Shown here: in pieces, positions 9,258-18,878 of the stretch
Layout: every line of letters begins with the position of its first letter
How positions within the stretch are numbered: position 1 is the first letter of the stretch
NCBI GenBank assembly: GCA_965221165.1
Contig: CBDCRP010000002.1
Span: 1,248,001 to 1,312,000 of the forward strand
Direction of reading: 5' to 3'
Origin: a bacterium
GTDB lineage: Bacteria > UBA8248
Length of the DNA stretch: 64,000 bases
Translations under genes and position numbers: made by a program
Notes under the pieces: model-generated
Seen by the model: only the letters and a program-made list of their open reading frames with translations
Told to the model about the DNA's origin: nothing
Database searches by the model: none

Positions 9258-10735
9258 GACGAATCCCCCATCACCCAGATGTCCTTACAACCCCCACCCT
9301 GGCTGGAGTTCACCACGAGGCTGCCGCGCCTGAGCGCGACGCGGCACAGCCCGCCCGGAACCACGTGCTGCTCCTCGCGTCCTTGCAGCACGAAGGGGCG
9401 CAAGTCCACGTGGCGCGGCTCGATGCTCCCCTCGACGAAGCAAGGCGAACGCGAGAGCGCAAGCGTGGGCTGGGCGATGAAATTCGCCGGGTCGGCGCGC
9501 AGCCGCGCGGCGTATTCCTCACGCTCCTGGGTAGAGGCGTGGGGGCCGATCAGCATCCCGTAGCCGCCCGAGCCGCCCACTTCCTTCACCACCAGTTCAT
9601 GGAGATGATCCAGCGTGTAGGCCAGTCCCTCGGGTTCGCGGCAAAGGTGCGTCTCGACGTTGGCGAGTATCGGCTCCTCACCCAGGAAATAGCGGATGAT
9701 TCGCGGCACGTAGGCATAGATGCTCTTATCGTCCGCCACGCCGGTGCCCGGCGCGTTGGCGAGCACGAGGTTGCCCGCGCGATAGGCGTGGAAAAGCCCC
9801 GCCGTGCCTAGGAACGAGTCGCCCCGGAACGTCACCGGGTCGAGAAAATCATCGTCCACGCGGCGGTAGAGCACGTCGATGCGGCGAAGCCCCGCCGTGG
9901 TGCGCGAGTAGAGGGCCGCGTCGCGCACGATCAGATCCTGGCCCTCGACGAGGTCGACGCTCATCTCGCCTGCGAGAAAGGCGTGCTCATAATATGCGGA
10001 GTTGTAGATGCCCGGCGTGAGAACGGCCACGTTCCGCTCCCTCGACGAGTGGCCCAGCGAGACGAGCGTGGAGTAGAGATGCTCGGCGTAATCGGCCACC
10101 TCGCGCACCCGGTGCTCGCGGTATAGCCTCGGCAGCACGTCCTTGATGGCGTTTCGGCAGGCGAGCATATAGGAAACGCCCGAGGGGACGCGCAGGTTGT
10201 CCTCTAAAACGGAGAACCCCTCGTGGGTGCGAACGATATCGGTTCCGCACACGGCGACGTAGACGTCGTGCGGCACCTTGAGGCCACGCATCTCCATGCG
10301 GTATTGCGGACAGCCGAGTACGACGTCGACGGGCACGATCCCCTCGCGCAGGCACCGGCCCTCGTGGTAGACGTCTTTTAAGAACAGGTTGAGCGCGGCG
10401 AGGCGCTGCTTGAGGCCGCGTTCGACGTGGTCCCACTCCGCCGCCGACAGCAGGCGCGGCACGCAGTCTATCGGGATGATCCGCTCGGTGGCTTCCTCGG
10501 CGTCCAGGACCGTGAAGGTGATGCCCTCGTACAAAAAGCGGCGGTAGACGCCCTCCTGGAGTTTTTCCAGATCCTCTCTCGCGAGCCCTGAGAGCGCGGT
10601 ATTCAGCCGTCCACACGACTCGCGCGGAGTACCCCCTGAGTCGAACATCTCGTCATAAAAGCGGGAATCCAGGTCGTATCCCGCGAAAGGCCCCTCACCC
10701 TTCACCGAGGCGGGCGGCTTGGCCTCCGTGTTCAT
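9254..10735 (-). CDS. Circularly permuted type 2 ATP-grasp protein
   Basis: YDEM, GITF, LEDNLRVPSGVSYM, LTPG.YNSAYYEH, YRRVDDDFLDP, NAPGTGVADDK, GGYGM, PRHVDLRPF, VVNSSQGGG.KD. Start codon uncertain. Confidence 0.95.
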   Translation of the reverse strand: MNTEAKPPASVKGEGPFAGYDLDSRFYDEMFDSGGTPRESCGRLNTALSGLAREDLEKLQEGVYRRFLYEGITFTVLDAEEATERIIPIDCVPRLLSAAEWDHVERGLKQRLAALNLFLKDVYHEGRCLREGIVPVDVVLGCPQYRMEMRGLKVPHDVYVAVCGTDIVRTHEGFSVLEDNLRVPSGVSYMLACRNAIKDVLPRLYREHRVREVADYAEHLYSTLVSLGHSSRERNVAVLTPGIYNSAYYEHAFLAGEMSVDLVEGQDLIVRDAALYSRTTAGLRRIDVLYRRVDDDFLDPVTFRGDSFLGTAGLFHAYRAGNLVLANAPGTGVADDKSIYAYVPRIIRYFLGEEPILANVETHLCREPEGLAYTLDHLHELVVKEVGGSGGYGMLIGPHASTQEREEYAARLRADPANFIAQPTLALSRSPCFVEGSIEPRHVDLRPFVLQGREEQHVVPGGLCRVALRRGSLVVNSSQGGGCKDIWVMGDSS

Positions 10736-10739
10736 TGGT

Positions 10740-10870
10740 CGGCACCCCCTATTCCACTCAGTCTCCATTCCTTCTTCTTGAGTGGGAATTGATCCTTCCT
10801 CCGTCGCAATCCCTTCCTTCCCGGCCGGCAAACCCTCCCTCTTCGGTCGGCAATCCCTCCTTCCTCAGTC
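10740..10870. repeat. Degenerate ~21-23 bp tandem repeats related to the 17289-17376 array
   Basis: Units such as CGGCAAACCCTCCCTCTTCGGT and CGGCAATCCCTCCTTCCTCAGT, plus more diverged copies to the left. Confidence 0.55.
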
Positions 10871-11289
10871 GAGATTGACTCCATAAGGTATCGAGTGCGT
10901 GTGGGTTTTGAATCGTGGGTAGATTAACTTTGTTTCAAACGCCGTTCAAGTTTTAAGTGCGCGCGCATCACCTCACCCATCGACCGGTAATCCCGCTTTC
11001 CTCAGGCGCAAACCCTCTCTTTTCTTTTCGTGACGAATAATTATCGATAATGAGTAAATTTACTTCTATATTTGCAATAAATTCGCCTAACCGAAGCGAA
11101 TTCACCTCGGCTGGACCAAGGGTCGGTAAGTTTGTGGTTGCGCTGGAATAGAGCTTGTCGTAGCATATTTCAGCATCGCGCAACACGTTGCCAATGGATC
11201 TGACAGGGTGGTTGGCCGCTGGTTTTCGGCCGGCTTACCGAACGCTCATGATGTGGGCATAAAACAACTCTCATAAAAAGGAGAACCGC

Positions 11290-12405
11290 ATGAAACGTCG
11301 TGACTTTATTGCCGGTACCGCGGCCGGGACCGCCGCTGCGGTCGTTGCGGGCAACGGGTTGGCCCGGGCCCAGAAGGCGCCCGCCATGATGAAGAAGCGC
11401 CTCGAGATCGCCATCGTCACCACCTGGCCGCGCGATTTTCCCGGACTCGGCACCGGGGCGCAGCGTTTCGCCAAACGGCTCCAGGACATGAGCGACGGCC
11501 GCATCAAGGTGAGCTACTTCGCCGCCGGCGAGCGCGTCGGCGCCTTCGACTCGTTCGACGAGGTGGCTTCAGGCAACGCGCAGGCCTATCATGCGGCCGA
11601 CTACTACTGGAAGGGCAAGCATCCGGGGTGGGCCTACTTCACCTCCGTGCCTTTCGGCCTCACCTACACCGAGTTGAACGCCTGGATCCGTTTCGGCGGA
11701 GGACAGCAGCTCTGGGACGAGCTGGCCGGGGAGTTCGGACTCAAGGGCCTCATGTGCGGCAACACGGGCGTGCAGATGGGCGGCTGGTTCCGCAAGGAGA
11801 TCAACAACCCCGACGACCTCAAGGGCCTCAAGATGCGCATTCCTGGCCTCGGCGGCGACGTCATGGCGAAGCTCGGCGCCTCGCCGGTGTCCCTGCCGGG
11901 CGGGCAGATCTACGAGAACCTCGTTTCGGGCGCCATCGACGCCACCGAATGGGTGGGGCCGTGGAACGACGAATTCATGAAGTTCTACGAGGCGGCCAAG
12001 TACTACTACTATCCGGGCATGCACGAGCCGGGCTCGATGCTGTCGTCGGGCTTCAACAAGAAGTTCTGGGATTCGCTGTCGAAGGCCGACCAGACGCTGA
12101 TCGAGGCCGCGGCCTCGATGGAGAACGACGTGATGATGGCCGAGTACAACGCCAAGAACGGCGCGGCGCTGGCGCGGCTCACGCGCGATCAGGGCGTCCA
12201 GGTGCGCAAGTTCAACGACGATATCTACGACGCGTTCGGGAAGGCGGCCGATGAAGTCTTCGCGGGGGTGGTGACCCACAGCAAACTCGCCAAGCGCATC
12301 CACGAAAGCTTTGCCAAGGCGCGTCGGGAAGTCGGCGGTTGGATGAGCATCGCCGACCAGGCGTTCGTGGCGCAGCGCAACCGTGTGCTGGGCGTTTCGA
12401 ACTAG
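11290..12405 (+). CDS. dctP: TRAP transporter substrate-binding protein (TakP/SmoM-like, Tat signal)
   Basis: MKRRDFI Tat motif, GNTGVQMGGWFRKEI, LKGLKMRIPGLGG, GAIDATEWVGP, YYYPGMHEP. Confidence 0.93.
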   Translation: MKRRDFIAGTAAGTAAAVVAGNGLARAQKAPAMMKKRLEIAIVTTWPRDFPGLGTGAQRFAKRLQDMSDGRIKVSYFAAGERVGAFDSFDEVASGNAQAYHAADYYWKGKHPGWAYFTSVPFGLTYTELNAWIRFGGGQQLWDELAGEFGLKGLMCGNTGVQMGGWFRKEINNPDDLKGLKMRIPGLGGDVMAKLGASPVSLPGGQIYENLVSGAIDATEWVGPWNDEFMKFYEAAKYYYYPGMHEPGSMLSSGFNKKFWDSLSKADQTLIEAAASMENDVMMAEYNAKNGAALARLTRDQGVQVRKFNDDIYDAFGKAADEVFAGVVTHSKLAKRIHESFAKARREVGGWMSIADQAFVAQRNRVLGVSN

Positions 12406-12447
12406 ACGTCCGGCGCATAGTGTGACAGGCCACTACGGTTTCCCACA

Positions 12448-13458
12448 GTGACGGAGGCTCGGTTGGAGGACGCGGGCGAAATACGGCCCGGCATCGCGGA
12501 CGCGCTCTATCGCGCGTTCGCGCTGTCGCTGGCCGCGACGACGTTCGTGTTCCTCTTCAACAACTATCTGGTCTTCTGGTACGGCTGGCCGGGCGTCGCG
12601 CGCATCTTCGGGGGGGCGCCGCCCGGCGGGACGGCTGCACTCCTGGCATGGCTTCAGCTCGCCGGCTACGTCCTCCCGGTCGTCGCCATCACCGTCATCG
12701 CGCTCAGGAACCGGGAGAGGCCGTTCACGTCGGACGCGGCGCTTCTCAAGTCCGTCACCACCTACATCATCGCTGTCGCCTTTTGGTCGACGTTCTTCAT
12801 CGGCATCGTCGACGGGGTCATATCCTTCCTGCGCGTGGAAGGGTTGCTGCCCGCGGTGTTCGGCAAGACGCTGGCCCAGCAATTGGGCGTCTCGAGTTTC
12901 CGCGGCCTCTACGTGCATCTCCCGCTGATGCTCGCGGCGGCGGTGCTGGCCTGTTTCAAGCGGGGGCTCGACTTCATCTGGCTTTCGCTGCTCGTGGTCG
13001 TCGCCGAGTTCCAGATCGTGATCGCGCGCTTCATCTTCTCCTATGAGCAGGCATTCATGGGCGATCTGGTGCGTTTCTGGTACGCCGCGCTGTTCCTGTT
13101 CGCCAGCGCCCATACCCTGGTCGCCGAAGGCCACGTCCGCGTGGACGTGCTGTACACGCATTTCAGCGAACGTCGCAAGGCCCTGGTCAACGCGTGGGGC
13201 TCCATATTGCTGGGCGTGCCGCTGTGCTGGACCATCCTTGCCGTCGGCATGGCGGGCAAGGCGTCCGTCATCAACAGCCCGCTGCTTTATTTCGAAACCT
13301 CCCAGAGCGGGTACGGTCTCTACGTCAAGTACCTGATGGCGGGATTTCTCGCCGTGTACGCCGTCTCCATGATGACGCAGTTTCTGGCGTACTACCTTGA
13401 CGCCATGGCGATTCTTCGCGGGCAGACCGCGAGCCACCCGACACCAGAGTCGTCCTGA
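12448..13458 (+). CDS. dctQ: TRAP small permease, N-terminally extended
   Basis: C-terminal half has HVRVDVLY and multiple TM segments; lies between dctP and dctM. Confidence 0.85.
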   Translation: MTEARLEDAGEIRPGIADALYRAFALSLAATTFVFLFNNYLVFWYGWPGVARIFGGAPPGGTAALLAWLQLAGYVLPVVAITVIALRNRERPFTSDAALLKSVTTYIIAVAFWSTFFIGIVDGVISFLRVEGLLPAVFGKTLAQQLGVSSFRGLYVHLPLMLAAAVLACFKRGLDFIWLSLLVVVAEFQIVIARFIFSYEQAFMGDLVRFWYAALFLFASAHTLVAEGHVRVDVLYTHFSERRKALVNAWGSILLGVPLCWTILAVGMAGKASVINSPLLYFETSQSGYGLYVKYLMAGFLAVYAVSMMTQFLAYYLDAMAILRGQTASHPTPESS

Positions 13459-13460
13459 CC

Positions 13461-16112
13461 GTGGAGCTTTTCTTTCTCGCACTGCTGATCCTGGCCATGG
13501 CCCTGGCGCTGGCGTCGGGTTACCCGGTGGCGTTCGCGCTGCCCGGCGCGGCCATCCTGACCATCGGTCTCGCGTCGCTCACCGGCTACATCTTCGCCGG
13601 GGACGCCAGCGCCTTCTTCGCGCAGGACGGCCCCGTTCAGTGGCTAACGGCCGGCGTCACCAATTTCCGGGGCGTCTACTGGGAGGTCGAGCGCGACACC
13701 ATCATCGCCGTACCGCTGTTCGTCTTTATGGGCATCATGCTACAGCGCTCGAAGATCGCCGAAGACCTGCTGGTGACCATGGCGCGCCTGTTCGGGCCGG
13801 TTCCGGGCGGTCTCGGCATCTCGGTGGTGCTGGTGGGGGCGCTGCTCGCCGCCACCACCGGCATACTCGGCGCCACCGTGGTGGCCATGGGCCTCATCTC
13901 GCTGCCGGCCATGCTGCGCAACGGCTACTCGCGCCGGCTCGCCACCGGGACCATTTGCGCGTCGGGCACGCTGGGGCAGATTATCCCGCCCTCCGTGGTG
14001 CTCATCATCCTGGCCGACCAGCTCTCGAACGCCACCGATCAGGCGGGCACGCTGCGACTGGTGGACTTCAAGGCCTCCACCGGTCAGTTCATCATGCCCA
14101 CGGAGTTCGGCGTCACCTCGGCCAGCGCAGGCGACATGTTCCTGGGCGCCATCGTGCCCGGCCTCGTGCTGGTGGGCCTCTACGTCATCTACATTCTCGC
14201 GGCCGCGCTCATCCGGCCCGGCAGCGCGCCGGCCATCCCCATCGAAGGACGCCTCGACCGCCAGTTCGCCGTCCGCGTGGTGTTGGCCCTGATTCCGCCC
14301 CTGGCGCTCATCCTAGCCGTGCTCGGCTCCATCATCGTGGGCATCGCCACGGTCAATCAGGCCGGCGCCATCGGCGCCGTCGGCGCCACCATCATGGCGG
14401 GGTACCGGTTGGCCGAAGGGCAACGCGGGTGCTACACGCCGGCCATTATCGCGGCCGTTTCACTGCTCGCACTCTTCATCCTCCTGATCACTTTCGACCT
14501 CAACATACGCACAATTCACGGCGCCTACGAGGCCATCGGCGTGACGCTTGCCGCCATCGCGGTACTCGGGCTGTTGGTCTCCGTGGCCTGGAGCGGCTGG
14601 CGCGCCTACCGCACCGAGCGGATGCTCGCGGGCGTCATGGTCGAGACCGCCAAGACCACGGCCATGGTCTTCATCATCCTCCTGGGCGCGGCCATGCTTA
14701 CCTCGGCCTTCCGGGGCTTCGGCGGCGAGGAGTTGGTGAAGGAGTTTCTCACCACCCTGCCCGGCGGTTTCTGGAGCCAGTTCATCGTCGTCATGGCGGT
14801 GATCTTCATCCTCGGGTTTTTCCTCGATTTCATCGAGATCGCGGTGGTGGTGGTGCCCATCGTGGCCCCCATCCTGCTCGCGGACCCCTCGGCCAACGTC
14901 ACCGCGGTCTGGCTCGGGGTGATGATAGGCGTCAACATGCAGACCTCCTTCCTGACGCCCCCGTTCGGTTTCGCGCTGTTCTATCTGCGCGGCGTCGCGC
15001 CGCCCGCCGTGCTGACGACGGACATCTACCGGGGCGTGGTCCCGTTCATCGCGCTGCAACTCGTGGCCCTGGGCATCGTCGGTTTCTATCCTCCCTTGGT
15101 GAACTACCTGCCGATGCGCACGTCGCTCACCGGAGAGACCGCGCCGCCTCCCCGAAACCCGCGCCTCCAGGCCTGCCTGGAGCAGTACCTGTTCGAGCGC
15201 TACGACCAAGACGGCGAGAAGATTCGCGCGAGCATACGAACCGCCCAAAAACTCGACACCAGCTATCTGCCGGTGAAAGTCCGCAAGCAACTGACCGGCG
15301 GCATGGAGAAGGCCGCCCGGACCTTCGATCTGGTTTCCGAAGTGCGCCGCGCGAGTGCGGAGCGAAACACGTACGGGGAGACCTACAAGGACGTACATAC
15401 CGTCATCCGACGGGTCAACGCGGACGAAAAGCGGATCGACCGCGAGATCCGCGAACTCCGCACCACCATCCGGCGCATGGGACGAGATGCGGACGAGGCG
15501 GCGGCGTTGCGCCACGAGATCGACGAGTTGACGAAGCGAAGGGTTCGCGTGGAGGCAAGACGTCCCGAAGGCGGGAAGGAAAAGCGCCGGCGTTACCTGT
15601 CTCTGGAAAAGAAGGAGACCGGCGCCCGCCGCGCCTACCGGCGCAATGTCGACGACGCCTACACCTCCGTGCGTTCGGTACTTGAGATGCTGGCGAAGGC
15701 GCCTGCCCTGGAGGAAGCCGGCGCAAAGCTCAAGGGGTTGCCGGAAATCCTGCAAACGCAGACGGCCCAAAAGGCGGGTTCCGCCATCCGCGACGCCGAG
15801 CGGGCGCTCCGGAGCGTTCCCGGAACCTATGATTTACGCTCCACCCTCTCCAGGGCGCGCTCAGACGCGAGGCGAGGCGCGTCCGGCCGGAAGCGCGCCG
15901 CGAAGCGCCTGAATGACGCGATCGCTCTCCTCGAGCGCGAGGTGGAGTGGCGAACTCGGGCCGCGCGGGAGCTGGACCCCGGCCTGGCCGCCTACGAGGC
16001 CGCACTGCGCGAAACCATCGGCATCCGGCAGTTGGAACGGCTGCCGACCCGGATCGCGAAACCCGTGGCGGCCTGCATGTCGCACCACCGCGACATCTCG
16101 TTGAGCTTCTAG
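13461..16112 (+). CDS. dctM: TRAP large permease with long hydrophilic C-terminal extension
   Basis: GYPVAF, AVPLFVFMG, SGTLGQIIPPS, GFFLDFIEI, QTSFLTPPFGFALFYLRG. Confidence 0.92.
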   Translation: MELFFLALLILAMALALASGYPVAFALPGAAILTIGLASLTGYIFAGDASAFFAQDGPVQWLTAGVTNFRGVYWEVERDTIIAVPLFVFMGIMLQRSKIAEDLLVTMARLFGPVPGGLGISVVLVGALLAATTGILGATVVAMGLISLPAMLRNGYSRRLATGTICASGTLGQIIPPSVVLIILADQLSNATDQAGTLRLVDFKASTGQFIMPTEFGVTSASAGDMFLGAIVPGLVLVGLYVIYILAAALIRPGSAPAIPIEGRLDRQFAVRVVLALIPPLALILAVLGSIIVGIATVNQAGAIGAVGATIMAGYRLAEGQRGCYTPAIIAAVSLLALFILLITFDLNIRTIHGAYEAIGVTLAAIAVLGLLVSVAWSGWRAYRTERMLAGVMVETAKTTAMVFIILLGAAMLTSAFRGFGGEELVKEFLTTLPGGFWSQFIVVMAVIFILGFFLDFIEIAVVVVPIVAPILLADPSANVTAVWLGVMIGVNMQTSFLTPPFGFALFYLRGVAPPAVLTTDIYRGVVPFIALQLVALGIVGFYPPLVNYLPMRTSLTGETAPPPRNPRLQACLEQYLFERYDQDGEKIRASIRTAQKLDTSYLPVKVRKQLTGGMEKAARTFDLVSEVRRASAERNTYGETYKDVHTVIRRVNADEKRIDREIRELRTTIRRMGRDADEAAALRHEIDELTKRRVRVEARRPEGGKEKRRRYLSLEKKETGARRAYRRNVDDAYTSVRSVLEMLAKAPALEEAGAKLKGLPEILQTQTAQKAGSAIRDAERALRSVPGTYDLRSTLSRARSDARRGASGRKRAAKRLNDAIALLEREVEWRTRAARELDPGLAAYEAALRETIGIRQLERLPTRIAKPVAACMSHHRDISLSF

Positions 16113-16481
16113 CAGCGCCATCCGTAAGCGTCCAACCGGCAGCCCGGCAATATCGGATCAACCAGTTGCAGACATGGCCGCACCTGAAAACGTTGGTGAT
16201 AAGCGCGTCAGGAAAGAATGAAAATAGGGCATCCAGTCGTATCATTGCCGGCACAATCTATTTTGATACCTGTTGTTCATCCCGTCTTCCATCGAGCGGG
16301 AATAACGGCGGGAGACGAAATGCGAAACCCTGGATTCCGCAAACCCTTCCACCCCGGTCGGGTTTGACACCGGAATGACGCCATTGTGGCTCATCCCCGA
16401 ACAGGGAGGCATTGCGGAAACCGGAACCGATGAACAAGAAGATATTGCGGTATATTTCCTGCCTCTTCCGTCAAGATCGAT

Positions 16482-16729
16482 CTATTCGCTCAAAACCTTG
16501 TCGGCCCACTCCACCAGGGTTGCGGCGTCACGAAACGCGCGTTCTTGCCTTCCAGGTCGGCTTCTACGACCGCACGGGCCCGCGCACACGCCGTTCATAT
16601 GTGGACGGGAATCTCATGCTCCACCGTCTGCGCCATCGTTTCTCTCAAAGGCGGCCTGCCGACGGGCGTCACCGCGTTCATTACCGCGTCTTGCATCAGG
16701 TGCACCGTGTACCCCCCCTCACACCCCAT
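16482..16729 (-). pseudogene. Truncated, frameshifted DsrE-like gene with in-frame TGA (UxxC)
   Basis: Hand translation: ..HLMQDAVMNAVTPVGRPPLRETMAQTVEHEIPVHI-TGA(16595-16597)-TACARARAVVEADLEGKNARFVTP, then in a shifted frame TLVEWADKVLSE* (TAG 16482-16484). Confidence 0.7.
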
Positions 16730-17140
16730 AAAGGGGAAATTTCCGCATAACCTTATATATATCAACAGGATAAATTTTCAGATATTTTCAGAATTTTTCA
16801 GAATTTTTCGCGATTTTTCACTTATTTATCGAAATTCTCCTCGTCCCGAGCGAACCGCCGCGCTTCGCCGCCATACCCGCTCTCTCCTTTCATCCCCCCA
16901 CCGCAAATGCGGGCAAATGCGGATTCATCTTGACGGGGCGGGTCCCGAAAATAGATCGGCCCGACCGATGAGGGGGCGGCCATGCCCCAACGGTTGAAGG
17001 AATCACTCCCCCCTTGAGGGGGTTGTTGAATATATGGTCACCTTCGTTTTTCGCCGTAGCAGCGGCCCCTCCCAGGCGCCGCCCCACAGACCCGTGTGTC
17101 CGCCCACAAAAGGAAACACCCACCGACGCGGCGAAGACCG

Positions 17141-17281
17141 GTAGGGACGGGCCCCTGCGCCTGTCCTGAGCGTATCCAGCCTGACAAGGGACAACCACGG
17201 GGGGCAAGGACAACCCGGAGGGGTTGTGGGGCGACCCCGAGGAGGGGTTGTGGGGCGACCCCGAGGAGGGGTTGTCCCTAC
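17141..17281. repeat. GTAG-type REP-like element with internal 24-bp tandem duplication
   Basis: Ends GTAGGGAC / GTCCCTAC. GGAGGGGTTGTGGGGCGACCCCGA occurs at 17217-17240 and 17241-17264, followed by a partial third copy. Confidence 0.7.
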
Positions 17282-17288
17282 GGCATTC

Positions 17289-17376
17289 CGGCAAACCCTC
17301 CTTTCCCAGTCGGCAAACCCTCCTTTCCCAGTCGGCAAACCCTCCTTTCTCAGTCGGCAAACCCTCCCTTCCCAGT
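17289..17376. repeat. 4 x 22-bp tandem repeat
   Basis: CGGCAAACCCTCCTTTCCCAGT at 17289, 17311, 17333 and 17355 (one mismatch each in copies 3 and 4); no spacers. Confidence 0.9.
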
Positions 17377-17388
17377 CGGGTTTGACCC

Positions 17389-18561
17389 TCAATCCCGGAA
17401 CACGTTCAACTTCACGCCCCGCAGCGCCTCGGCGGGGCCGGCGCGGGTTTCGCGCTGGATTCTCACCTCTCCCCGGTAAGCTCCGGGCGTCCAGCCGGTC
17501 TTCGAGCGCTTGCCGATAGCCCGCCAGATGCGGATGCGGTGCTTGCGGATCGATTCCTCCTTTCCGGCGAGCACTCCGCCGTCCGGTCCCAAGAGACGCA
17601 GGGAGATGAAATCGCCCGGCATGAGCCCTGCGACCTCCGCCCAGAAGATCAGCGCGGGTGATGAGGCCGGAAGCGACTTCGCGCCCAAGGCGCCTGTGCG
17701 GACCTCCTGCGTCGTGGGCAGATGATCCGCAAACCCCATGTGATAGGGAATCCCCGATAAGTAGCGCAGCTTCTCCAGAACCTCGCGACGCCAGAGCGGC
17801 GCTCGCCCTAAGTCGCACTCCCCGCCCCCCTCGACACCGACGAACGGGTCGACGACGCGGCCTTTTTTTTCGACCGAGATGTGTAGATGCGGAAATTCCG
17901 TGCGCCCCGAGAGACCGACCGCGCCGATGCGCTCGCCCGCGCGCACCGAGTCGCCCCGCCGGACCGATAAGCTCCCGCGCTTCATATGGCAATACTGGGT
18001 ATGCCAGCCGCCGCCATGGTCGACCCGCACGCCGTTGCCGCACTCTTTTCCCTTTACGGCGGCGCGGCCTATGCGGCGCACGCTTATATCCCGCATTCCG
18101 TCGCGCACGCCGAGCACCCTGCCGTCGGCGGCGGCGCGCACCGGAATCCGCTCGTTCAACATCCCGGTGTGCGCGAACGCGATGTCGGTGCCCTTGTGCG
18201 CATCGTAGCTCATCCGGCCACAGGCGAAATCGGCGTATCCCGTCCCCGGGTCCGTGTCGACATAGTTGAAAACCCAGCAATCGACCCCCGGCTCGCAATC
18301 TACCGGCAGCGAAAGCGGGAGGGGCGAGCGTCCGAATTCCCGCCCGGTGAGATCATGGGCGGGGATGGCCTCGGGCGCAAGCGCGCGCCTTGCCGCCGCA
18401 TGAGCGGGGGTCCGGCCCTGCGCCCCTTTCGGCTTCGCCCTTTCTCTTGAGGCCACCTGCGGCCCTTTGACGAGGAGCAGGTCGAATTCGTAAATCCCCC
18501 ATAAGGCGAGGGAGGCGAGAACCAGGGTCAAGACCATATTGATGAGCAGCATGCGGACCAA
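17389..18561 (-). CDS. M23 family metallopeptidase
   Basis: HKGTD (HxxxD), CGNGV, TQYCHM, GLSG.TEFPHLH, VVDPF; N-terminal TM segment. Confidence 0.9.
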   Translation of the reverse strand: MVRMLLINMVLTLVLASLALWGIYEFDLLLVKGPQVASRERAKPKGAQGRTPAHAAARRALAPEAIPAHDLTGREFGRSPLPLSLPVDCEPGVDCWVFNYVDTDPGTGYADFACGRMSYDAHKGTDIAFAHTGMLNERIPVRAAADGRVLGVRDGMRDISVRRIGRAAVKGKECGNGVRVDHGGGWHTQYCHMKRGSLSVRRGDSVRAGERIGAVGLSGRTEFPHLHISVEKKGRVVDPFVGVEGGGECDLGRAPLWRREVLEKLRYLSGIPYHMGFADHLPTTQEVRTGALGAKSLPASSPALIFWAEVAGLMPGDFISLRLLGPDGGVLAGKEESIRKHRIRIWRAIGKRSKTGWTPGAYRGEVRIQRETRAGPAEALRGVKLNVFRD

Positions 18562-18878
18562 CGCTCAGACCTCCACCGTCCGGGGACTCTCGATGAGCGT
18601 TTCCATGACGGCGACCTCCCCGTGTAAGAGCTACCCACGAAAACGAACGGCTCAGGCTGAAAGTACGGCGCAGGCGGCAGGCTCCGAACCCCTCGCGAGG
18701 AGCGACGCGTCAGAACTGAAAATAGCACCGCCGCGCGGGTCTCGCCAATGGGGTGTGTGGACAGGAGGCCGCATTTTTTCTTAGTATCTCCCTAAAGAAA
18801 AAAAGAAAGCATGCATCGTTTACCACGAACTCAAAAAGCTGGGTCGGACGAGAGCCGAAACCCGCAAGGGAGGGGAGG

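Noticed and set aside
13397-15685. 762-aa alternative-frame ORF, and similar long shadow ORFs (e.g. 26371-28281, 34680-36308, 60889-62496)
   Set aside because: These are R/H/G-rich off-frame or antisense translations of well-supported genes, expected in high-GC DNA.
16375-16997. Plus-strand ORFs of 112-150 aa
   Set aside because: No motifs; the region is better explained by the minus-strand DsrE-like remnant and an AT-rich non-coding stretch.
17217-17376. Possible CRISPR array
   Set aside because: The 24-bp and 22-bp units are directly adjacent with no unique spacers, and there are no cas genes in the window.
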